Below are positions 17,641 through 27,962 of a stretch of 31,013 nt of DNA, piece after piece (the first letter of the stretch is position 1; each line of letters opens with the position of its first letter). The DNA is taken from assembly GCA_037137535.1 (NCBI GenBank), contig JBAXKC010000029.1, positions 1-31,013 on the forward strand. The letters run 5' to 3'. Under the pieces are notes generated by a model. That model was not told the DNA's origin. It saw only the letters and a list, made by a program, of their open reading frames with translations, and did not search any database. A program made the position numbers and the translations under genes. Source of the DNA: a bacterium (GTDB taxonomy: Bacteria > Cyanobacteriota > Vampirovibrionia > Gastranaerophilales > JBAXKC01).

Positions 17641-19434
17641 ATGATTAAAAAGATAAGAAATTTTAGCATTATTGCACATATTGACCACGGCAAATCAACT
17701 CTTGCCGATAGACTTTTAGAAAAGACAAAAACCATCGCTCAAAGAGATATGCAGAATCAACTTCTTGATTCAATGGATATTGAAAGAGAAAGAGGTATTA
17801 CAATTAAGCTGCAGGCAGCTAGAATGAAATATACAGCTAATGATGGCGAAGAATATATTTTAAATTTAATCGATACTCCGGGGCACGTTGATTTCAGTTA
17901 CGAAGTATCAAGAAGTCTTGCAGCTTGCGAAGGCGCATTGCTTGTAGTCGATGCAACTCAGGGTGTAGAGGCTCAAACGCTGGCTAATGTCTATCTTGCT
18001 ATTGAAAATGATCTTGAAATCATTCCTGTTATTAATAAAATTGACCTTCCAAGCGCTGATCCCGAAAGAGTTAAAAAAGAAATAGAAGATTTAATCGGAA
18101 TAGATACATCAAATGCTGTTTTGGTTTCTGCTAAATCGGGTATCGGTATTGAAGACGTACTTGAATCAATTGTTGAATATGTTCCTGCTCCTGAAGACAC
18201 TTCTGAAAAACCTTTAAGAGCATTAGTCTTTGACAGTTATTACGATGCTTATCTTGGAACAATCGTATTCTTTAAGGTAATGGACGGAAGTATTAAAGAG
18301 GGCGATCAGGTTACCTTCATGGCAAACAATAAAACCTATGATATTACTGAAATGGGTTATATGACCCCTGTCAGAATACCGTCTAAAGAAATCAGAACAG
18401 GTGAAGTAGGCTATTTGGCTGCGTCAATCAAGGATGTTTGCCAGCTTGTCGGTGATACTATTACCTTGAAAAATAACCCAGCCGAAGAGGCTTTACCGGG
18501 TTATAAAAAAGCTGTCCCTATGGTTTTCAGCGGTTTATATCCTGTTGATAACGATCAGTATCATGATTTAAAAGAAGCTCTTGAAAAGTTGAAATTAAGT
18601 GATTCAAGTATTACCTTTGAGCCTGAAACCTCACAGGCATTAGGTTTTGGCTTTAGATGCGGATTTCTTGGCTTGCTCCACATGGAAATTGCTCAAGAAA
18701 GAATCGAGAGAGAATATAATATCGGGCTTGTCACAACTGCGCCGAGTGTAGTTTATAAAGTTCATAAAACATCGGGTGAAGTTATAAATGTTGATAACCC
18801 TGCAAATTTGCCTTCCCCTCAATTTATTGACGATATTGAAGAACCGTTTGTAAAAGTAAACATAATTACAAGTAATGATTTTGTCGGCTCATTGATGGAT
18901 TTGGCGCAAACTAGAAGAGGTATTTTTATCAATATGAAATATATTGATACGACAAGAGTGAATATTGAATATGAAATGCCACTTAGTGAATTGATTACTG
19001 ACTTTTATGACCAATTGAAATCACGTTCAAAAGGTTATGCAAGTATGGATTATGAATTTTCAGAATATAAAATATCCAAACTTGTTAAACTTGATATTCT
19101 ACTTGCAGGTGATGTTGCAGATGCCCTAAGTGTAATTGTACACAAGGACAATGCTTCTTTTGTCGGACATAGGTTAACTAATAAGTTAAAGGACCTTATT
19201 CCGCGCCAAATGTTTGATGTTCCAATTCAAGCTGCCATAGGCGGTAAAATTGTCGCTAGAACCAACATAAGAGCGATGAGAAAAAACGTATTAGATAAAT
19301 GCTATGGTGGTGATATCACAAGAAAGAAAAAGCTTCTTGAAAAGCAAAAAGCCGGTAAAAAGAGAATGAAAGCCATCGGTAAGGTTGACATTCCACAAGA
19401 AGCGTTCATGGCTGTACTTAGTTTAGAGGAGTAA
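17641..19434 (+). CDS. lepA: Translation elongation factor 4
   Basis: [57 protein letters not shown]. Confidence 0.98.
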   Translation: MIKKIRNFSIIAHIDHGKSTLADRLLEKTKTIAQRDMQNQLLDSMDIERERGITIKLQAARMKYTANDGEEYILNLIDTPGHVDFSYEVSRSLAACEGALLVVDATQGVEAQTLANVYLAIENDLEIIPVINKIDLPSADPERVKKEIEDLIGIDTSNAVLVSAKSGIGIEDVLESIVEYVPAPEDTSEKPLRALVFDSYYDAYLGTIVFFKVMDGSIKEGDQVTFMANNKTYDITEMGYMTPVRIPSKEIRTGEVGYLAASIKDVCQLVGDTITLKNNPAEEALPGYKKAVPMVFSGLYPVDNDQYHDLKEALEKLKLSDSSITFEPETSQALGFGFRCGFLGLLHMEIAQERIEREYNIGLVTTAPSVVYKVHKTSGEVINVDNPANLPSPQFIDDIEEPFVKVNIITSNDFVGSLMDLAQTRRGIFINMKYIDTTRVNIEYEMPLSELITDFYDQLKSRSKGYASMDYEFSEYKISKLVKLDILLAGDVADALSVIVHKDNASFVGHRLTNKLKDLIPRQMFDVPIQAAIGGKIVARTNIRAMRKNVLDKCYGGDITRKKKLLEKQKAGKKRMKAIGKVDIPQEAFMAVLSLEE

Positions 19435-19441
19435 GTTACTT

Positions 19442-20671
19442 ATGCACAACAACGATGTCTTAGTTATGATACTTGCGGGCGGTGAAGGAAAAAGACTGAA
19501 TCCGCTGACTCGAGATAGGGCAAAACCCGCAGTGCCCTTTGGTGGAAGGTATCGTATTATAGACTTTGTGCTGAATAACTTTGTTAATTCAGGATTTTAC
19601 AAAATCAAAATAATGACTCAGTATAAATCCGACTCTTTAAACAAGCACGTTGCCAGAGGTTGGTATGTATCACCGTTTTTAGATCAATATATTGATCTAG
19701 TTCCTGCTCAAATGAGAAAAGGTTGCCAATGGTATACAGGAACTGCTGATGCAATTTATCAGAACATTAATATAATATATGATGAAAATCCTGAATATGT
19801 TTGCGTGTTCGGTGGTGATCATGTATTTAAAATGGACGTAAGACAAATGCTTGAGTTTCATAAGGAAAAACAGGCAGAGCTTACGATTTCTGCAATACCT
19901 GTCCCAATCTCAGAAGCGCATGAATTTGGAATCATTGAAGTTGATGAGAACTGGAAGTTAATAGGATTTGAGGAAAAACCGACTAATCCGAAGCCAATTC
20001 CGGGAAGGCCTGATTATGCGTTAGTTTCAATGGGTAATTATATTTTTAACAAAGAAACTATAGTTAGTGAGCTTGAATCAGATGCAATCAAAATAAACTC
20101 CAATCATGATTTTGGAAAAGATATTATTAATAATGTACTTGTTAGAAATAGTGCATATGTATATGACTTTTCACAAAATACTATTCCCGGTGAAACAGGC
20201 TCTGTTAAGGGTTATTGGAAAGATGTAGGAAATATAGATGCTTATTGGCAAGCAAATATGGATTTATTATCCGCAAATCCCGAATTTAACCTTTACAACA
20301 AGAATTGGAACTTAAGAACATTTAATTATAATTTTCCTCCCGCTAAATTCATTTGGGAAGAAAATGAAAGAGTTGGTATGGCAACTAATTCATTAGTTTC
20401 GGAAGGTTGTATTATAAGTGGTGCGCAGATAAGTAGATGTGTTCTTTCTCCTAATGTAAGAATAAACAGTTATTCTCATATTAGAGAGTCTATTTTAATG
20501 GAAGATGTTGTAATTGGTCGTTATGCAGAAATTCAAAAAGCTATTATCGATAAAAATGTCAACATACCTCCATATACTAAAATCGGCTATAATAGAGAAG
20601 AAGACATCGCAAGAGGTTTTTATGTCAGTGAAAGCGGCGTAACCGTCGTACCAAAAGGAGCCATTTTATGA
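19442..20671 (+). CDS. glgC: Glucose-1-phosphate adenylyltransferase (ADP-glucose pyrophosphorylase)
   Basis: [52 protein letters not shown] and YWKDVG motifs. Confidence 0.96.
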   Translation: MHNNDVLVMILAGGEGKRLNPLTRDRAKPAVPFGGRYRIIDFVLNNFVNSGFYKIKIMTQYKSDSLNKHVARGWYVSPFLDQYIDLVPAQMRKGCQWYTGTADAIYQNINIIYDENPEYVCVFGGDHVFKMDVRQMLEFHKEKQAELTISAIPVPISEAHEFGIIEVDENWKLIGFEEKPTNPKPIPGRPDYALVSMGNYIFNKETIVSELESDAIKINSNHDFGKDIINNVLVRNSAYVYDFSQNTIPGETGSVKGYWKDVGNIDAYWQANMDLLSANPEFNLYNKNWNLRTFNYNFPPAKFIWEENERVGMATNSLVSEGCIISGAQISRCVLSPNVRINSYSHIRESILMEDVVIGRYAEIQKAIIDKNVNIPPYTKIGYNREEDIARGFYVSESGVTVVPKGAIL

Positions 20672-21105
20672 AAAGAAAATTAATCTTTATTTCAATAATA
20701 CTAGCTTTTTTACTTGTAAATGTTATTACACTTTCATTCGGAAAAAATGATTTATCTATTACTGCCTGTGCTGCTCAATCTTATGCTAAATCAGTAAGTT
20801 ACAATGATGCTGTTAAACTTAATAAGCCAGTTGTAGTTACTTTTTATGCCGATTGGTGCGGTTATTGTAGAAGATTTATACCTATTCATGAAGACTTAGC
20901 AAGTGAATTTGCATCAAAATACACCTTTGTAAATGTGAATGTTGATGCACCGGAAAATCAACAGGTTGTTAAATCATTTAATGTAAGATCTTATCCTTCG
21001 TTGTTTCTCGTAAATCCAAAAACAGGCGAAAAACAATTTATTAATCAAAGATATTACATTGATAAAGCTCAAATGGAAAAAGAATTTAATAAATTTTTAA
21101 AATAA
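20668..21105 (+). CDS. Exported thioredoxin-family protein
   Basis: FYADWCGYC active site, cis-Pro motif VRSYP, N-terminal signal/TM segment; ATGA overlap with glgC. Confidence 0.88.
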   Translation: MKRKLIFISIILAFLLVNVITLSFGKNDLSITACAAQSYAKSVSYNDAVKLNKPVVVTFYADWCGYCRRFIPIHEDLASEFASKYTFVNVNVDAPENQQVVKSFNVRSYPSLFLVNPKTGEKQFINQRYYIDKAQMEKEFNKFLK

Positions 21106-21120
21106 TTTATTAATCTCAGC

Positions 21121-21152
21121 TAAAAGCCGCTTTTATCATAAAGCGGCTTTTA
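21121..21152 (+). terminator. Intrinsic terminator of the lepA-glgC-trx operon
   Basis: TAAAAGCCGCTTT-tatcat-AAAGCGGCTTTTA. Confidence 0.85.
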
Positions 21153-21238
21153 TAAATTACACTAAAAGTATGTTTAGAAATTTTTGTTATAATAATATAA
21201 TTCTTGTTGAATAGTAGTGTTTATTTGGATAATTGTAA

Positions 21239-24200
21239 ATGAACTGCCCGCAATGTAATATTAGTAACTCAGATAATGCAGTTAAATGTGAAAACTGTGG
21301 TAATAAGCTAAAAATAGCATGCCCAAAGTGTAAGGTTATTAATAATATTAATGCCGTTAAATGCACTAATTGCTCTTTTAGGTTGATTTATCCTTGTCCT
21401 TCCTGCAAAAAACCTTACCAGATAAGTGCTAAACAATGTTCTACTTGTGGTTTTGAGGTGCTTAAAGCTTGCCCTGAATGTAAGGCGATGAATCTTTATA
21501 CTAAAATTAAGTGTAATAAATGCGGATTTAATTTATGTGAAGATCAGCCTATAGTACAAGAAGTTCAACCTAGTTCCAGCGTAGAACCTATTCAAGAATA
21601 TCCAATTTTGACCGCAGAACTTATAAATATCTTATCTATAAAAGATAAAGTTAAAAATCCTGTAGTCTTGACTAAAATTTTAAATGGTTTTTATAAAATA
21701 ATAGGACTTAATGCTGATATTTCAGGTTCTACTGCTAAAAAAATCAAAGAAAATATTGTATCTTTTAGTTTTAATGATTATGGTGATGGAGAAACCTCTT
21801 CAATTAGTGCTGTTTATACTGCTATTAAAATCCTTTCCGATATAAAAGAATATAATTATAAAATTAAAGATAAAGTTAAATTATCTTTAAAGATAAAAAT
21901 TGGCATTTCTATGCAAAATATCATGGATAAATCTGATTATTCACAGATAGAAAGAAGTTTAGCTTCTTTTGAAGATATAATCATCGATAGAAAAATTTAT
22001 AATAGTGTCTATGAGTCTTTTGAATTTGATGCAATCAAAGGAGCAGACGGACAATATTATTATAAATTAAAACAACTTGATGACATTAGTGTTGAAGGTT
22101 CTCAAGATTTGCCTCATGAAGAAGCCACTCCTTTAATTATTGAGAATGAGCCGATAATTGAAAATCAACAAGAGCAGGTTTCTTTAGAAGAACCTGTTGA
22201 AGAAGTTCCATATGAGGAAATCACCTTACAAGAATATAATGAGCAAGCTCCTGTTAATGACATAATAGAAGAGGAAAATGTTCAACAGGTAGAAGAACTA
22301 ATTCAACCGCAAGCTGAACAATTACCAGTTGAGTCATCAAATGAAAAAGAGCTTAATCAAGAAAAGACTTTTAATTTCTTATCCAATATTATTCAAAAAG
22401 CAGATAATGGCTTTATTATTCAACTTACTGCCCAAAATGGTGCAGGAAAATCTTCAATTGTTAATTCTGTAAGAAATTCCTTAACACAGGAAAAAATCTT
22501 ATGGCTAACAGGTCAATGCCAACCGTTTAATCAAATTGTTCCTTTTGGATTAATGAAAGATCTCTTTAAAAATCTATTTAATTTGCCAAGTCAGATAATC
22601 AATATTGAAGAAGCAAAGAAAAGTATTAATCATACCATTCAAAATATAATGGAAATTGATAATAAAGCAATTGAGCATAGTATAGCTAAGCTTGTTTTAT
22701 CTGATAATATTGTCGAACGAACAGATATAAATGCGAATCTATATGAAGTCTATAATACTATCGAGTCAATCTTTAACGTAATATCTAATAAATTAAAATG
22801 CGTATTAATCATTGAAGACTTTGAATATATTGATAAATCTTCGTTGGATTGTCTTAAATTCCTTATCGGTCGTGGTCTTTTAAATAACAAGTTTCATATA
22901 ATAATTAATCAAGTTCCTGAAGTTAACGCTAAAGATCAATTAATGAATATGGGAATTGATAATAGAATTTTCACTATTAAATTATTACCTTTACAACCCG
23001 ATGAAACTTTACAGACAATGATGTCTATGCTTAACGGGCAAGATATTATCCCTACAAAACTAAAAAATAAAATTATAGAAAAAGCTAAAGGCATACCGCT
23101 ATATGTTGAGCAAGTATTTTGGATTTTATATAATTCAGGTGCAATTGTAAGAGATGGGGAAGCCTATAAATTTAACCCCGAAGCCTCTGCAATTGATATT
23201 CCCGAAACAATAGAAGAATTGATTCAATTAAGAATAGGACAAATTCACTCTTTATCGGCAAGTGCTTTTAATATTTTAACTATGTCCAGTATTTTGGGTT
23301 ATAAATTTATACCTGTTATAGCTCAAAATATTACTAATATGAAAGCTGAAGAATTCTCTCATATTCTTCAAACTCTTGGAACAATGGGTATTTTCGTACA
23401 AGCGGATAAATTAAATATAAGTTTCAAGCATAAGTTAATTTGGGATGCTTGTTATCAAACCTTATTGACATTACCGCAAAAAAGCGAGTATTTTACTCAA
23501 GCTTATAATATCTTAAAAAATTATACAAAAACTTCAAGTGCAATGTTAGCATTGATTGCTGAAAGTTCAAATAATAATCGTGAAGCTTTAAATCAATGGG
23601 GCGGAGCATCACAGGAGTCTATCGTGCTTGGTGATTCTGAAACCTTTACTAAGGCACAGCAAAGAGCATTATCTTTAATTGACATGACTGATATTCCAGA
23701 AAAAGAAGCTATAAAAAACAATATTTATGAACAACTTGGTGTTATTAATTTTGAAATTAATCCTCAAGAAGCAACTACATACCTTTCAAATGCTATAATT
23801 CAAGGAGAAAAAGACAATAATATTCCTAAAATTATTGAGTTATCAGGTTATCTAGCAAAAAGTTGTGAAATTATTGGAAATTATGCAGGTTCTGTAGAGT
23901 GTTCAGATAAAGCATTAGCTTTATTGAATAAAGATCAAATGCCTCTGGATTATGCATTATTAAATTATTCAAAGATTGAACCTCTTGTAAATCTTGGAAA
24001 ACTTGAAGAAGCTATAATTTTAACTTCGCATGATGTTTTACCAATTTTACATCAGGCTTTTGAAAACAAAAGTACAATATCAGGACTGTCAATGAGTGAA
24101 TTGACCTATATAATGCTTGAGTCTGAATTATTGTTAGGTAAAGCCTTAGTCTATCAAGGTAATAAAAATGCTTTAAATGTGCTTCAATCAACAGCTTCAA

Positions 24201-25057
24201 AGGCAGTTGAGCTGGAGGTCGTTGATATTGAAGTTCAAGCTAGATTATTTGAGGCTATTTATAAAACAATTCAAGGCGATACTAAATCAAGCAACGCTAT
24301 GCTTGAGTATTTAAAAACAATTATTCCAAAAGTTAAAAATAAAAATACGATTAAAATTTATTGGGGTGCAGCTAATTTATTACTGCAATTCATTGAAGGA
24401 AATGCTAATGAAGCCAGTAATATTGCCTTTACTCTCTTGACAATGGCACAAGAGCAAAAAGATTATAATATTGAGGCTTTAGCTAAATTCATGATCGGCA
24501 AACTCTTAAAAGATGCAAGAAATTATGAAAATGCTAATACTATGTTTAATGATACTATTCAATATTGTTCAGAACACAAGCTGGCAACAGGTGCATTAAT
24601 GGGCTGGTATTTAATTGCAGAATCTAAGTTGACACTTGGTGATCTTGATAATGCACTTGAAATTGCTACTAAGGCTCTTGATGTTGCTACTAAATCAAAT
24701 ATTAATAACCATTTATTCAAAGTATTACTCAATAAAGTTATGTCTGAAGTTTATATTTTAAAAGGCGATTTTGAAAATTCTAAAATGTATATTGAGCAAG
24801 CAATTGAGCTGGCTACGCACATGGAGCTTTTCTTCTTGATCTCAAAGCTATATATGGCTTATGGTAAGACTTATCAGGAATATGCTATTTCATCAGAGCA
24901 TAATAGGCAAAACTTTGTTCATAATGCCCATTCTTTGTATATTACAGCACTACAAACAGCTGAAAGAATTGATAATGAGCAGCTGATTGCGCAGGTTAAT
25001 AAAGAAATTATTGATTTAGAAACCTTCTGCCAATTGTCCGGGATTCAGATTTCATAA
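21239..25057 (+). CDS. Multidomain protein: zinc ribbons + degenerate class III nucleotide cyclase + STAND-type ATPase + TPR
   Basis: Eight CxxC pairs; cyclase-fold pattern (ILTAELI...SAVYTAIKIL...LKIKIGIS); acidic linker; AQNGAGKS Walker A, LIIEDFEYID Walker B, AKGIPLYVEQ GxP motif, FKHKLIWDACY; helical TPR-like C-terminus. Confidence 0.8.
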   Translation: MNCPQCNISNSDNAVKCENCGNKLKIACPKCKVINNINAVKCTNCSFRLIYPCPSCKKPYQISAKQCSTCGFEVLKACPECKAMNLYTKIKCNKCGFNLCEDQPIVQEVQPSSSVEPIQEYPILTAELINILSIKDKVKNPVVLTKILNGFYKIIGLNADISGSTAKKIKENIVSFSFNDYGDGETSSISAVYTAIKILSDIKEYNYKIKDKVKLSLKIKIGISMQNIMDKSDYSQIERSLASFEDIIIDRKIYNSVYESFEFDAIKGADGQYYYKLKQLDDISVEGSQDLPHEEATPLIIENEPIIENQQEQVSLEEPVEEVPYEEITLQEYNEQAPVNDIIEEENVQQVEELIQPQAEQLPVESSNEKELNQEKTFNFLSNIIQKADNGFIIQLTAQNGAGKSSIVNSVRNSLTQEKILWLTGQCQPFNQIVPFGLMKDLFKNLFNLPSQIINIEEAKKSINHTIQNIMEIDNKAIEHSIAKLVLSDNIVERTDINANLYEVYNTIESIFNVISNKLKCVLIIEDFEYIDKSSLDCLKFLIGRGLLNNKFHIIINQVPEVNAKDQLMNMGIDNRIFTIKLLPLQPDETLQTMMSMLNGQDIIPTKLKNKIIEKAKGIPLYVEQVFWILYNSGAIVRDGEAYKFNPEASAIDIPETIEELIQLRIGQIHSLSASAFNILTMSSILGYKFIPVIAQNITNMKAEEFSHILQTLGTMGIFVQADKLNISFKHKLIWDACYQTLLTLPQKSEYFTQAYNILKNYTKTSSAMLALIAESSNNNREALNQWGGASQESIVLGDSETFTKAQQRALSLIDMTDIPEKEAIKNNIYEQLGVINFEINPQEATTYLSNAIIQGEKDNNIPKIIELSGYLAKSCEIIGNYAGSVECSDKALALLNKDQMPLDYALLNYSKIEPLVNLGKLEEAIILTSHDVLPILHQAFENKSTISGLSMSELTYIMLESELLLGKALVYQGNKNALNVLQSTASKAVELEVVDIEVQARLFEAIYKTIQGDTKSSNAMLEYLKTIIPKVKNKNTIKIYWGAANLLLQFIEGNANEASNIAFTLLTMAQEQKDYNIEALAKFMIGKLLKDARNYENANTMFNDTIQYCSEHKLATGALMGWYLIAESKLTLGDLDNALEIATKALDVATKSNINNHLFKVLLNKVMSEVYILKGDFENSKMYIEQAIELATHMELFFLISKLYMAYGKTYQEYAISSEHNRQNFVHNAHSLYITALQTAERIDNEQLIAQVNKEIIDLETFCQLSGIQIS

Positions 25058-25086
25058 TTAAAAGTTATGAAATCTTTATTTAAACC

Positions 25087-26073
25087 TTACTGGTCAGCAT
25101 CTTTAGGCTGAACTGTAACAACTTTGTTGACTGTCTTTTCAACAGCAGGAGTTTCTTTCAGCTTAATTGCTAAAGTATCAGGGCTGTCCCATCTCAAGTC
25201 TATATAGTCAATTTCTTGTTTTATTGATAAGGCTTTCTCTATAACAGGGCCTATTCTCTTTGTTCTTTTGAAAATACTTCTATTAAGCTGTCCTAGTCTT
25301 AGTCTTACTCCGCTTAATTGGGCATAGCACTCATCAGGATTTCTTATATCAAGATATAAAAGATCTTGTCCTGATTCTTGCTTGATGATTTCGGATAATT
25401 TAATAAGATATTTTAAATGATCTGGTGTCCATTTTTTGTATTCGCCATAGGTTAATACGGTATAAAGTTTATATTTTGGTGCAAGCGGTAAAAATTCACG
25501 TGTTGTTATGCTTGCATCTTCATTAAATACAGCAACAGGTCTGACTTTTGGTGATGGCGAAATTTCCAGTAAAGGTGTTTTTTCATCAATAACAATATTT
25601 AACCTTGCAGGAAACCAAAATCTTCTTATATAGACGTTTTTAATAGGTGTTAACGCTCTGATCTGTTTTTCAAGACGTCTTGTATTTAATAAATAAATAG
25701 GAGTTTTATCTACTTTTACATTTTTTAATTGAGAAATTATTTTATCTGTTGGTACAATTTCATTTCCTTCAATTGTTAAAGCAGCATTTGGATATTTATC
25801 AAATATTGTTTTACTTAAATACCATTGATGTAAATGACCGATAAAGAAAAATAACCATATTATAACAATAAAAGAAATTACTCTGGCAAGTGAACGCATT
25901 CTTATCAGTCTAATTTGCCACCTTTTCATTTCTCTTTTTGTTTTCATATATTTTAGGCGTCGTTGATGGCGAACCAAATTAATTTGAGAGTCATCAATAA
26001 CAATATTCTTATCGATGTCTGCTTTTCTTTTTTTAATTTTTGCTTTCGCAGCTTTTTTACGACTCATCACCAA
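25087..26073 (-). CDS. ftsQ: Cell division protein FtsQ/DivIB
   Basis: Basic N-terminus, single TM helix, POTRA (IEGNEIV...IRRFWFPARLNIVIDEKTP), C-terminal YIDLR; position after ddl. The start may be ATG 26067. Confidence 0.85.
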   Translation of the reverse strand: MVMSRKKAAKAKIKKRKADIDKNIVIDDSQINLVRHQRRLKYMKTKREMKRWQIRLIRMRSLARVISFIVIIWLFFFIGHLHQWYLSKTIFDKYPNAALTIEGNEIVPTDKIISQLKNVKVDKTPIYLLNTRRLEKQIRALTPIKNVYIRRFWFPARLNIVIDEKTPLLEISPSPKVRPVAVFNEDASITTREFLPLAPKYKLYTVLTYGEYKKWTPDHLKYLIKLSEIIKQESGQDLLYLDIRNPDECYAQLSGVRLRLGQLNRSIFKRTKRIGPVIEKALSIKQEIDYIDLRWDSPDTLAIKLKETPAVEKTVNKVVTVQPKDADQ

Positions 26074-26088
26074 AACCTATAATACGTT

Positions 26089-27042
26089 TTATTTATTTAC
26101 TGCTGCACTATTAAGGATAATGTTAACCAAAGCATCATACTCTATTCCCATTGCCTTTGATTGTGCAGGGAGATCGCTTAAATCTGTCATTCCCGGAATT
26201 GTATTTATTTCGAGAACATAAGGATTATTTGACTCATCTAACATAAAGTCTACTCTACTCATGCCAAAAGCACCAACTGCTTTATGTGAATTTACTGCAA
26301 TTTCCTGAATTTTTTTTGTTATTTCTTCAGAAATTTGAGCAGGTAATATAAATTCAGTCATTCCTTCTGTATATTTTGCTTCATAATCATACCATTCTGT
26401 TTTTGTTCTGAATTCAAGAATAGGAGTTGCAAAAGTTTTTGAATTAAAGTCAAGCACGCCTACTGTCATTGATTTTCCTTGAACAAAATATTCCAGCATA
26501 ACAAATCTATCGTATTCAAAAGCAACTTTTAAAGCTTCATCAAGTTCACTTCTGTCGTTTACTTTTGACATTCCGATGCTTGAGCCTTCTGAAGCAGGTT
26601 TTACCATAACAGGGAATTTAACATTTGTTACTAAATCTTTACAATCTTGATTTCTTTCGAGCATCACAGAGTCAATTATAGGAATACCTTGGGTTTTCAG
26701 CACACGTTTTGTGTAGTCTTTACTCATTGATATTGAACTTGCTCTAACTCCGCTTCCTGTGTATGGAATATTAAGTATTTCTAATAAACCTTGAATGCTA
26801 CCGTCTTCACCGTATTTTCCATGTAACGCAAGATAGGCCACTTCAATATTTTTTTCAAGTAATACATTCGCAATATTTTTATTCACATCAATAAGCTCAG
26901 CGTTTTTATAGCCTAATCGGTGCATTGCGGCAATACAATTCTTTCCTGAACGAAGAGAAACTTCTCTTTCACTGGACATTCCACCGCATAATACTGCTAT
27001 TTTTGAGTCTTTATCTATTTGTGAGCTGAAATAGTTTTCCAT
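26089..27042 (-). CDS. ddl: D-alanine--D-alanine ligase
   Basis: GGMSSEREVSLRSG, LHGKYGEDG, VKPASEGSSIG, YDYEAKY, RVDF and EINTIPGMT motifs. Confidence 0.97.
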   Translation of the reverse strand: MENYFSSQIDKDSKIAVLCGGMSSEREVSLRSGKNCIAAMHRLGYKNAELIDVNKNIANVLLEKNIEVAYLALHGKYGEDGSIQGLLEILNIPYTGSGVRASSISMSKDYTKRVLKTQGIPIIDSVMLERNQDCKDLVTNVKFPVMVKPASEGSSIGMSKVNDRSELDEALKVAFEYDRFVMLEYFVQGKSMTVGVLDFNSKTFATPILEFRTKTEWYDYEAKYTEGMTEFILPAQISEEITKKIQEIAVNSHKAVGAFGMSRVDFMLDESNNPYVLEINTIPGMTDLSDLPAQSKAMGIEYDALVNIILNSAAVNK

Positions 27043-27962
27043 ATTGTTTCTTCTTCCTGCGTAAATTCTCCGACATTTCTTACTTCTGCAATTAATTCAT
27101 ATCCGTATGCGTTTTTGACTTCGTTAAACATTCTAAACATGAGCCTTGCTATGTCTAATGATGAGGCATTTCCTCTATTAGTAACAAAATTGCCATGTTT
27201 ATCGGAAATAATTGCATCTCCTTCTGACCATGAACCTCTTGCTCCCAGCTCTTGAAGTAATTTTGCAGTATAAACTCCTTCTTTAGGATTTCTGAAGGTG
27301 CTTCCAGCGTTTGCTTCAGTTATTGGAGGGTGATTTTTTTGTCTATATTCGACATGAAAGGTCATAAGGTCCTGTATTTTTGTTTTATCTTCTTTGTTTA
27401 ATTTAAAATATGCTTTTAAAACCAAATGTTTTCCGTTTACTGCAAAAGAGCCTCTATAATCCAGTTTCAGTTCTTCTTTCGTCAAATGGGCAATTTCACA
27501 TGTTTCAATGTCTAATACATCCGCACCTGTTATGAAGTCCTTTATTGCCTGACCATGAGCGGATGAATTCATAATAACTGCTCCACCAAGAGAGCCAGGG
27601 ATTCCAATAAGAAATTCTAACCCTGTAAAACCAGCTTCAAATACAAGTTTTGCTACTTTTGCCGATTTTAATCCTGAGCTGAAACTGACATTTCCGTCTT
27701 TGTTGATTGTATACTCGCTTAATCCTGTTGTAAAAATTACTCCGCCGCAAATACCTTTTGATGAAACTAAAAGATTAGAACCTGCACCGATAATTGTGCA
27801 TTTTAACTTATTTGCTTTTAAATAACTTATTACTTCCAGTAGTTCTTCAACAGTTGCAGGGAAAAATGCTATTTCCGCATTACCGCCAATTTTAAAAGTT
27901 GTATGGCTTGCTACGTTGTAATCTTCAATATATTTACATTTTACGTTGATTTTTGTGTTCAT
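27015..27962 (-). CDS. murB: UDP-N-acetylenolpyruvoylglucosamine reductase
   Basis: HTTFKIGGNA, IGAGSNLL, GLEFLIGIPGSLGG, NAGSTFRNP and KHGNF motifs; start placed at the TAATG overlap with the murC stop (27962). Confidence 0.95.
   Translation of the reverse strand: MNTKINVKCKYIEDYNVASHTTFKIGGNAEIAFFPATVEELLEVISYLKANKLKCTIIGAGSNLLVSSKGICGGVIFTTGLSEYTINKDGNVSFSSGLKSAKVAKLVFEAGFTGLEFLIGIPGSLGGAVIMNSSAHGQAIKDFITGADVLDIETCEIAHLTKEELKLDYRGSFAVNGKHLVLKAYFKLNKEDKTKIQDLMTFHVEYRQKNHPPITEANAGSTFRNPKEGVYTAKLLQELGARGSWSEGDAIISDKHGNFVTNRGNASSLDIARLMFRMFNEVKNAYGYELIAEVRNVGEFTQEEETIWKTISAHK

Noticed and set aside
11395-18822. Short ORFs 11395-11580, 14001-14192, 15382-15579, 17232-17486, 17991-18200, 18640-18822
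   Set aside because: All overlap real genes on the opposite strand; composition reflects the reverse complement of coding sequence.
19442-21105. glgC-thioredoxin coupling as plant-like redox control of ADP-glucose pyrophosphorylase
   Set aside because: The thioredoxin has an export signal or TM anchor, so it is probably not in the same compartment as GlgC.
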